Program-made: the position numbers and the translations under genes
From: Pedosphaera sp.
GTDB lineage: Bacteria > Verrucomicrobiota > Verrucomicrobiia > Limisphaerales > SIBH01
Assembly (NCBI GenBank): GCA_031414955.1
Contig: JANOQV010000146.1
Span: forward strand, 19,917 to 83,916
Direction: 5' to 3'
DNA: 64,000 bases
Shown here: positions 1 to 8,300 of the stretch, piece after piece
How positions within the stretch are numbered: position 1 is the stretch's first letter
Layout of the letters: each line of letters starts with the position of its first letter
The notes under the pieces: generated by a model
Seen by the model: only the letters and a program-made list of their open reading frames with translations
Databases searched by the model: none
What the model was told of the DNA's origin: nothing

Positions 1-766
1 CCGTTTCACTCAGCAGCGCAACGCCTGCGTGGTCGGACGCAAGACCATGGAGCGTTTCGGCTGGCGCGTGGGCCAGCGCATTACGCTCCTGGGCGCGATG
101 TGGCCCTGCAATCCAGAACTGGAAATCGCCGGCACCTTCACCGGCGGCGTGGATGAATCCAGCCTCTATTTCCACCACGAGTATGTTGATGAACTCCTCG
201 GCGACCAGGGCATCACCGGCCTGTTCTGGCTTCGCGCGGACTCACCGGCCTCGGCCTCGGCGCTGATCGAGCGCATCGACGCTGAGTTCGCCAACTCCGA
301 CGCCGAGACCATCACCGAAACCGAACACTCGTTCCAAATCGGCTTCGTCTCCCTGCTCGGCAATCTCAAGCTGCTCATCGGCTCCATCTGCACGGTCATC
401 GTGTTCACGCTCGTGCTCGTCACCGGCGGCACCATGAGCATGGCGATTCGCGAGCGGGTGAAGGAGATCGCCATTCTCAAGGCGCTGGGCTTTCCCGGCG
501 CGCAGGTCTTCGCCCTGATTCTGGCCGAGTCGTTCGTGCTGGCGATGCTGGGCGGACTGATTGGCCTGGTTGCCGCCTGGCTGGCGCTGCATTCGGCGGA
601 CTTCTACCAGGTTTCTCGCGGCATGTTCGTTCACTTCGCCCTCACGCCGGCAATTCTCTCCCGCACCCTCGCCGCCGCCGCCATGCTGGGCTTGGTGAGT
701 TGCCTCGTCCCGGCGTGGTCCGCCACCCGGCGCAGCGTCGTGGACGGACTGAGAACTGAGGACTGA
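1..766 (+). CDS. ABC transporter permease (MacB/FtsX family), 5'-truncated by window edge
   Basis: Frame is open from the window edge. C-terminal FtsX-type motif 'MSMAIRERVKEIAILKALGF' followed by TM helices. Confidence 0.85.
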   Translation, partial: RFTQQRNACVVGRKTMERFGWRVGQRITLLGAMWPCNPELEIAGTFTGGVDESSLYFHHEYVDELLGDQGITGLFWLRADSPASASALIERIDAEFANSDAETITETEHSFQIGFVSLLGNLKLLIGSICTVIVFTLVLVTGGTMSMAIRERVKEIAILKALGFPGAQVFALILAESFVLAMLGGLIGLVAAWLALHSADFYQVSRGMFVHFALTPAILSRTLAAAAMLGLVSCLVPAWSATRRSVVDGLRTED

Positions 767-778
767 GCACTGTTCCCA

Positions 779-1939
779 ATGGCTATTCCTCTGACCTACA
801 GCCTCCGCCACCTGCGTCTCCGCTGGCGCTCGACGCTCATCACCACGCTGTGCATCGCCCTGGTCGTGGCCGTGTTCGTGATGCTGATGTCATTGGCGAA
901 CGGATTGCAGGCGACCTACATCAGCTCGGGCGATGCACGCAATCTGATCGTGCTCCGCCAGGGTTCCATGGCCGAGTCGAGCAGCCAGATCACGATCGAC
1001 AACGTGCGCCAGGTCAAGTTCCTCGCCGGTATCGCGCGCGGCGCCGGCGATGAACCGCTGGCCTCCGCGGAGATCATGGTCCTCATCACTGTGCCCCGCG
1101 CCAGCGGGGGCAAGGCGCACGTCCAGGTGCGCGGGTTGAGTGCCGCCGGCTGGCAGTTGCGCACGCAGGTAAAAGTCCTGCAAGGCCGCGCGTTCAGGCC
1201 GGGCCAGCGCGAGTGCGTCGTGAGCAAGAAGGTGGCGGAGCGATTTCCCGATCTCGCGTTGGGCCGGACTTTCCGATCCGGCAAGCACGCCTGGACCGTG
1301 GTCGGTGTCTTCGAGGCGGGCCGCACGGCTTACGACTCCGAGGTGTGGGTGGACGCTGATGAAGCACGCTCCGCCTTCAACCGCACATTCTACGGCTCCA
1401 TCCTGCTGCGGCCCGTGGATGACGCCGCAGTGCTCGCGCTGAAGCAGCGCATCGAAGGGGACAAGCAGTTGCAGCTTCGCGTGCTCACCGAGCCGGAATA
1501 TTACGCCGAGCAGACCAAGACCGCCGCGCCCATCCGGTTCTTCGGCGTCGCGCTGGCGGCCGTGATGAGTATCGGAGCCGCCTTCTCGGCGATGAATGCC
1601 ATGTATGCCAGTGTCGGCCGGCGCGCGCGGGAGATCGGGACGCTGCGCGTGCTGGGCTTCCGCCGACGGAATATCTACTTCGCCATCATGCTAGAGTCCT
1701 TGTTCATTGCGATTGTCGGCGGCGTGATCGGCTGCGCATTATCTCTACCGATGCACGGACTGGCCACAGGCACCTTCAACTGGAGCACCTTCGCCGAGGT
1801 GGCGTTCGAGTTTCGCATCACGGGCCAGTTGCTCGGCGCGGGCCTGGTCTTCGCGATGGTCATGGGCGTGCTGGGCGGATTGCTGCCCGCGCGGTACGCG
1901 GCCCGGAAGCCAGTCCTGGAAGCGTTGCGAGGAAGCTGA
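779..1939 (+). CDS. ABC transporter permease (MacB/FtsX family)
   Basis: N-terminal TM, periplasmic domain, 'RAREIGTLRVLGF' motif and 3 C-terminal TMs. Paralog of the upstream gene. Confidence 0.9.
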   Translation: MAIPLTYSLRHLRLRWRSTLITTLCIALVVAVFVMLMSLANGLQATYISSGDARNLIVLRQGSMAESSSQITIDNVRQVKFLAGIARGAGDEPLASAEIMVLITVPRASGGKAHVQVRGLSAAGWQLRTQVKVLQGRAFRPGQRECVVSKKVAERFPDLALGRTFRSGKHAWTVVGVFEAGRTAYDSEVWVDADEARSAFNRTFYGSILLRPVDDAAVLALKQRIEGDKQLQLRVLTEPEYYAEQTKTAAPIRFFGVALAAVMSIGAAFSAMNAMYASVGRRAREIGTLRVLGFRRRNIYFAIMLESLFIAIVGGVIGCALSLPMHGLATGTFNWSTFAEVAFEFRITGQLLGAGLVFAMVMGVLGGLLPARYAARKPVLEALRGS

Positions 1940-1941
1940 CC

Positions 1942-4740
1942 ATGCTCCGCTTTCTCAACCTTCACCAATGGGTCGTCGGCTTTTTTGCCGCGTTGGCGCG
2001 GTATTCCATCAAGCATCCCAAGCGCGTCATCCTCTGTGCCTTGCTGGTCACGCTGGCGGTCGCGCCCGGGGCGCTGAAGCTGAAGCTCCGCACCGACGGT
2101 CATGCCCTGGTGGACAAGAGTGCTCCCGAAGTTCGCTACGACCAGTTGGTGCGCGAGAGATTTGGCATCCAGGATCCGGTGGTGGTCTTGATCGAAGCGA
2201 CGCATCCCGACGGCATCTACAACGCGGACACGTTGCAACTGGTGCGCGAACTGACCGAGGAATTCACGCGCCTCAAAGGCGTCGATTCCAACAAAGTGGT
2301 GAGCCTGGCCAACCAGCGGGGCTTCCGCAATCGCCCGGCCACGTTGCACTTCATGACCTTGTTGGAAAACCCGCGCCAGACGCAGGCCCAACTGGCCGAG
2401 CTGCGCGATGACTTGCGGCGTATCGAACTTTACACCGGTACGATTGTATCTTTCGACGGCCAGTCCACCGCCATCATGGTTGGCGCACCCGACGGGACTG
2501 ATCGGACCGCACTTTATCAGCAGGTGCGCGCAGTCATCTCCCGCATCACTGGCGGTGCGGACAAGATTACGGTCACAGGCCCGCCGGTGGCCGAGGCACT
2601 TTTGGGCACGCACATTCTGGAGGACCTCGGGGTGCCGGCGGCGCTTTTGGGCACCAGCACCCGCAGCGACGGAGACGGCTCCACGGGCTTTTCCAACCTC
2701 CACGAGCTTCGTCGCTTCATCGCCCGGCGGGTGGGGCTGGTGCCGGTGGCGATTCTGATCATGGCGCTGATTTTCCAAATCAGCTTTCGCCGCACTGTGG
2801 CCAGCGTGCTGCCTCTGATTGAGGTCGGTGCCTGCCTCGCCTTCACCTTCGGCCTGATGGGCTATTGCGGCGTGCCAGTCTATCTCACCATTGCGGTCAT
2901 GCCCGTGCTGCTCACGGCCATGGCGGTCACGGATGAGATTCACATCTACAGCCGCTACTTCGCGCTGGTGCATGAGCGTCCCAGTGCGCCTCAACCCGAC
3001 CTCGTGCGCCTGACGATGGAGGAAATGGTCTGTCCCATCGCCAATGCCTCGCTCACCACCGCCATCGGCTTTGTCTCGTTTGCCTTTTCGCCGCTGCCGC
3101 CGGTGCAGGCGTTTGGCATCTTCACCGCCGTCGGGTTAATCTTCTGCCTGTTCTGGACGCTCTGCGTGCTGCCTGCGCTGTTGACGCTGATTCCAAAGAG
3201 TTGGGTGATGACGCGTGGTGCCAGGGAGCGTGGTCTTCCGGCTGCTTCAACCTCCGCGGACTCAACAGCGTCAAAGCGGCCTGTTGGTCGCGCCCCCTTC
3301 GGACTCTTCGCCCTCTGGGCTGTTCGTCGCCGCTGGTGGATTGTGGGCGCGGTTGGTCTGGCCGTTGCCCTCACACCCCTGGGCCTGCGCCGTCTCGTTA
3401 TTCAAGACAGTTGGATTGATGGCTTCGAGCCGGAGAGCGAATTCAGCCACGCCACGCGCACCATCAACGAGCATTACCACGGCATGCACCTGCTCAAGGT
3501 GAGCCTCGACGCTGGCGAAACCCTGCGCGGCATGGTGGCCGCCACAAACGTAAGCTTCGCGAGAATTCTTCTTCCCACCAATCTCGTGGCGCAGCCGCAG
3601 TCCCTCGCGGGCCGCTGGCTTTACCTGTTTGCCGGCGACGCCTCGAACGCGCCTTCGTGGCGGGCCTCCATCGAATCCGCCACCGTGACGGGGGACAAGC
3701 TTGTCGTCATCACGCAGCAACGGGAATCAGACTCCATCGTCTGGACGAACCTGCCGCAGCTCGCTCACGTCCGCTTCGAGATCATTTCCCAGCCGTTCTT
3801 GCAGCAGCCCACGCTCGACGCTATTGCGAAGCTGGGCGCGTTCATCGAGCAGCATCGTGACTGCAAGGTAGGCAAGGTCTTGAGCGCACCCGATTACGTG
3901 GCGACGACGCGATTCATGGTGCGTCCCAACGAAGCCGGCTCGCGCTTCGTGCCCACCAACTCAATCGAGATCAAGTTACTCTGGGACTATTACCGCATCG
4001 TGCGCGGCCCGGAACAATTGCGTGAAGCCGTGGACACCAACCACGCCAGCGCGGTGCTGACCATATTTCTGAAGGAGGCCAACTTCCGCGACACCGCCCG
4101 GCTCTTGGCGGACATCCGCGACTACGAGCGCCGGGAGCTGATGCCGCTGAACATCCGCCTTGGCTTCGCCGGCGACGTGGCGGTGAGCCAGTCGCTCATC
4201 CGCGGCATCGTCACCACGCAGATGCAATCACTGTTCGGCTCGCTCTTGGGAATCTATCTCGTCACTGCGCTGCTGGGTCGCTCGTTGCGCTGGGGGTTGT
4301 ACGCGGTGATTCCCTGCACGCTGGCGGTGCTTTTCAACTTCACCGCCATGGGCTGGCTGGGCATTCCGCTCGGCGTGGCCACCTCCATGTTCGCGGCCAT
4401 GACGCTCGGCAACGGCGTCGATTTTGCGATTCATGTCCTGGAAGGTTTCACGGCTGCCCGCGGCCGTGGGCTGTCTCCTGATGAGGCTCTGGCGGAATCG
4501 CTGACGCGCACCGGACCCGCAGTGGTGGTGAACACGCTGGCCATTGCGCTGGGCTTTGGCGTGCTGATGTTGTCCCAGGTGCCGGCCAATGCCCGGCTCG
4601 GCTCGTTGATAATTCTCGGAATCGTGAATTGTCTGCTGGCGTCCCTCTTCTTGCTCCCAGCACTGCTCCATTGGTGGCCGCTGAAGGGTTCAGTCGATTC
4701 CACAACCAGCGCGCCGACGAACGCTCAAGGTGTTCCGTAG
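1942..4740 (+). CDS. MMPL/RND-family exporter (932 aa)
   Basis: Two TM blocks with two large extracytoplasmic loops. RND-like motifs 'AMAVTDEIHI', 'SLTTAIGF', 'GNGVDFAIH'. Starts 2 nt after the permease stop. Confidence 0.85.
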   Translation: MLRFLNLHQWVVGFFAALARYSIKHPKRVILCALLVTLAVAPGALKLKLRTDGHALVDKSAPEVRYDQLVRERFGIQDPVVVLIEATHPDGIYNADTLQLVRELTEEFTRLKGVDSNKVVSLANQRGFRNRPATLHFMTLLENPRQTQAQLAELRDDLRRIELYTGTIVSFDGQSTAIMVGAPDGTDRTALYQQVRAVISRITGGADKITVTGPPVAEALLGTHILEDLGVPAALLGTSTRSDGDGSTGFSNLHELRRFIARRVGLVPVAILIMALIFQISFRRTVASVLPLIEVGACLAFTFGLMGYCGVPVYLTIAVMPVLLTAMAVTDEIHIYSRYFALVHERPSAPQPDLVRLTMEEMVCPIANASLTTAIGFVSFAFSPLPPVQAFGIFTAVGLIFCLFWTLCVLPALLTLIPKSWVMTRGARERGLPAASTSADSTASKRPVGRAPFGLFALWAVRRRWWIVGAVGLAVALTPLGLRRLVIQDSWIDGFEPESEFSHATRTINEHYHGMHLLKVSLDAGETLRGMVAATNVSFARILLPTNLVAQPQSLAGRWLYLFAGDASNAPSWRASIESATVTGDKLVVITQQRESDSIVWTNLPQLAHVRFEIISQPFLQQPTLDAIAKLGAFIEQHRDCKVGKVLSAPDYVATTRFMVRPNEAGSRFVPTNSIEIKLLWDYYRIVRGPEQLREAVDTNHASAVLTIFLKEANFRDTARLLADIRDYERRELMPLNIRLGFAGDVAVSQSLIRGIVTTQMQSLFGSLLGIYLVTALLGRSLRWGLYAVIPCTLAVLFNFTAMGWLGIPLGVATSMFAAMTLGNGVDFAIHVLEGFTAARGRGLSPDEALAESLTRTGPAVVVNTLAIALGFGVLMLSQVPANARLGSLIILGIVNCLLASLFLLPALLHWWPLKGSVDSTTSAPTNAQGVP
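3225..3296. repeat. Degenerate GGAG-REP doublet, in frame within the MMPL gene
   Basis: ggagcgtggtcttccggctgcttc ... aagcggcctgttggtcgcgcccc forms an imperfect inverted repeat (needs G:T pairs). It encodes the linker 'RERGLPAASTSADSTASKRPVGRAP'. Confidence 0.45.
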
Positions 4741-5153
4741 GGGACGAGCGCCTCACGCAAAGTCTTCGGCACCGGCGTCGGCGTGAGTTTCTCGCCCTCC
4801 CGACGCAGGCAGGCGATCTGTTGCTGTCCGCGGGCCATCAGTTCCTGCGTCCCGTTCTTTACCCGCCAGTATTCGAAGAGCAGCGTGATGCGGCTCTGGG
4901 TCAACTCGCCCAGCCTCATGCGAATGACCACTTCGTCGAAGGCGTAAAGCTCGGAGAGGTATTCGCACTGCACGCTGACGGTCGCCAGACTGAGGCCGCG
5001 CGACAACTCAGCGATGATGTCCGGCGCGTGATCGTGCAGAAACATCTCCCGCACGCGCCCCTGCCACGAGACGTGGTTCACGTAATAGACGTTCCCGACG
5101 AGGTTGGTTTCCTCGAAGCTCACGATGTGACGGTGTTCGTAGGCGAGGCTCAT
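4725..5153 (-). CDS. E10: Enediyne biosynthesis thioesterase E10 (hotdog fold, 4HBT-like), 142 aa
   Basis: 'YEHRHIVSFEETNLVGNVYYVNHVSWQGRVREMFL' matches the SgcE10/CalE7/DynE7-type signature. Lies directly downstream of PKSE. ATG at 5153; the ORF-track extension is repeat-derived. Confidence 0.93.
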   Translation of the reverse strand: MSLAYEHRHIVSFEETNLVGNVYYVNHVSWQGRVREMFLHDHAPDIIAELSRGLSLATVSVQCEYLSELYAFDEVVIRMRLGELTQSRITLLFEYWRVKNGTQELMARGQQQIACLRREGEKLTPTPVPKTLREALVPYGTP

Positions 5154-5173
5154 GCGACGGGAAGACTGCGGGG

Positions 5174-5314
5174 AAAAACACCAAACACAAAACGGCAAAC
5201 ACCAAAGAAACACCAAGCTCCAAACTTCAAACACCAACTGGCGGTCGAAAGGCTCGGGTTGGTGTCGGCGTTCTTGGAGCTTAACTGATGTTTGATGTTT
5301 GGTGTTTGATGTTT
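5174..5314. repeat. Heptamer tandem-repeat element with two oppositely oriented arms
   Basis: Left arm aaacacc/aaacaca/aaacggc/aaacacc...caccaag/ctccaaa/cttcaaa/caccaac. Right arm ttggagc...tgatgtt/tgatgtt/tggtgtt/tgatgtt. Confidence 0.75.
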
Positions 5315-8300
5315 CATTCCACGCACACCCCTACCACCATCGTCTCCTCCCGCTCCCGCCCCTTGGTCACTCCTGTCACGACCGTCCTCGTACCGCTCTG
5401 CATCGTGATCCAGCCATCGGGCTGGCGGTCGGCCAGCGTGAGCGGCGCGTCGGAGAGAGCGCCGGATTTCTTCAGGCATTCGAGCGCGGCCCAGACGCGC
5501 GTGGCGGCGGTGTCGAGGTCGCCGCCATTGGCGACCAGTTCGGCGAGGCGGAATCGTTCCGCGCCCAGCAGACCGCGCCAGGTCTCGGGTGTGCGCGCGG
5601 AAATCATTTCCATGTCGCAGCCCACGCTGCCGGTGCTGCTCATGGCCAGGGTCAGATCACCGGCCCGCGTGACGGAGAGATGGTTCCCGCCCGGCACCTC
5701 CGGCTTGCCATCCGCGCGATGATGGAGAGTCGCGTCGTCACCGAGCAGGCGGCGGACGCTCTCCTCGCTGCCTGCGCCGCGCGCCGCGCTCACCGAGATG
5801 CGGGCGGCCGGCAGCAATTCCTCCAGGCGGCGCTCGACGTACGGGCCGAACAAACCATCCGGCCACGCGCTGTCAGTGGACAACTCCTCGACCTTGCGCA
5901 GGCGCAAGCCCTGCCAGGCCTCCAGCACCGCGCCGCCGGGACCGAGCAGTTCCAAATCGTATTCAAAGGTGTCGCCTTCGCGCTTCACTTCGCGCGCGTG
6001 CAGGAGCAGTTCCGGCAGGCAATCGCCGCTGTGCCACTGCTCCATTCGGCACGGCACCTCGCCCACCACGATGCGGCGCACGCCGACCGGCAGCAGCCGC
6101 GCGTGGGGGATGCAGGCCTGGATGGCGTGAATGGCGGCGTCGCGCACCGCGCCACAGCCGAGCACGCGTTCCTGCGGCAGGTAGCGGCCAAACCAGTCCG
6201 GCCCGATGTAAGGCGCGAGTTGCACCGCGCACTCCCGCGCCGTGAGCAGGCGATAGTTCAACACCCGGCGGAAACGTCCGGTGTGGAAGAGCAGCCGGTC
6301 GTAGAGGTCGCGTTCGATATCGAGCGCCGCGGCTGATCCTGGTGATCGGCCATCGGCCATCGGCCAATGGCTTTTCGTAGCGACGAATTGTTGCGCGCTC
6401 CCTCCGAAGCGGCACACCGCTTTGAAATGATCCGCCTGAAAACCCGTCTGCTCGCAGCGCAGCGCGACTTCGATCACGCCCGACTCGCGGACCAGCGCCG
6501 CGACGCGAATGACGTTCTTCCCGCCGCGCGGCACCACCACCGGACGAGACAGCTCGACGTTTTCAAAACTCGGCGGCTCGCTCGAACCAGCCAGGGCCAT
6601 CGCCACCTGGGCCATCGCTTCCAGTCCCATCACCGCCGGGAACAGCGGCTCGCCGTGGAAGACGTGTTCATCGACATACGGATCGGAGTCGGACGAGAGC
6701 GTCGAGTCCACGATCAACTCCACGCCGGGATAAAAGACGCGCGTGTGTTCGAGGAACCGGCGGAAGGGCAGCTCCGGCTTGGTGAGATTCAGCGTCGGCA
6801 TCTCGCCGAAGCGTCCGCTGATGACCACAGAAGTGGCTGGCAACTCGCGCCGCAAAAGCTCTTCGAGAATCTCCACGCCGGCCTCCGGTGAGATCGGCGT
6901 GATGCCCTGTTGACGCAACGATTCAATGCGCCCCAGCCGCGCGCCCATGCCCACGCCCGACCAGACGGACCACTCGGCGGCCAGGCAGCGGCAGCGCGGA
7001 TGCGCGGTCTGGAATTCCTCGGTGAGTTGGGTAAGCCATTCGTTCGCGACGGCGTAGTCGGCTTCGCCCTGCAACCCGGCGCGTCCGATGATCGAGCCAA
7101 AGGTGACGAAGAGTCGAAGCTTCTCCGGGTCGAGAGCGGCGAGCACATGGCGCGCGCCGTCAATCTTCGGCGCCAGCGTGCGGCGGAAGGCCGTCTCGTC
7201 GAGCGTGCCGAGGAGTTGCGGGACGTTCGCGCCCGCCGCATGAATGAAAGCCGTGATCGTCCCAAGCTCGCGTTGCACTTCCGTGAGCGCCATCGTCACC
7301 TGCGTCTCATCGGTCACATCCGCCGCCACGTAACGCACGCGGACCTTGACGGCGGCGAAGCGCTCCAGGTTGGCCGAAAGCTCGGCATCAGTGGCGGGCT
7401 GCGAGCGTCCCATGAGCACAAGCCGCGCGCCGGACTTGCGCGCCAGGTGCAACGCGCACTCCGCCGCGATGCCCTTGCCGCCGCCGGTGACGAGCAGGAG
7501 ATCGTCTGGACCAAGCGGCAACGCTCCGACACTTGCGGGAACCATCTCGCCTCGGTCGCCGAAAGGAAGAGCTTTCATCACCAACTCATGCCGCCGCCCC
7601 GACTCGTCGTAGCGCACGTCGCGGTGACCGTGGGCAAGTGCGGATTCGCGCACGATCCACTCGACGGCTTGGGGATGCTGCGGCGGCAGTTCGAGGACGA
7701 GGGTGTGAATGGTCGGCGACTCAAGGTGTAGCGTCCGGGCCAAGCTGCCGGCCCGCTGGCCCGTTTGCACGAGCACGAACTTGCCCTCGCCGAGGGCAAG
7801 CGCGGCCTTCGCGCTGGCGAGCAGCAGCCTGATTTGAGCTGCTTCAATCCGGGGCGGCAGGCAGACGATCACGCCGGCGCCGGGCATCGAGGTGAGAGCA
7901 GGACGCAATGCCGCCGCCAGGGGATCGGTCTCGATGGCGAATACTTGCCATGCTGAACTTTGCCCTTCGTTTCGCGCGGACTCGGCGGTCCGCGCTCCAA
8001 GCGGTGCCTCGATCCATTCGCAGACGAACGGACGCACCCACGAATCAACTCCCGATGGAACGCGTTCCGTCTCATTGAGCGCCGCGCCACGATTGCGCGT
8101 GAGTTCTTCGAGCGCGGCGGCGGCCCGGCCCACCGTGGCCGTGGCGAAATCCGTGAGACCGATGAGGGGCGGCAGCCCCAACCGCTTCGCCGCCTCGGCC
8201 ATGATCTGGCCCACGGAGATCGAATTGAGGTGCAAGTCTCCGAGCAGGCGGCTCTCGCTCGTGACCGTAGCCACGGGCAGTTCCGCGCGCTCGGCCACGA

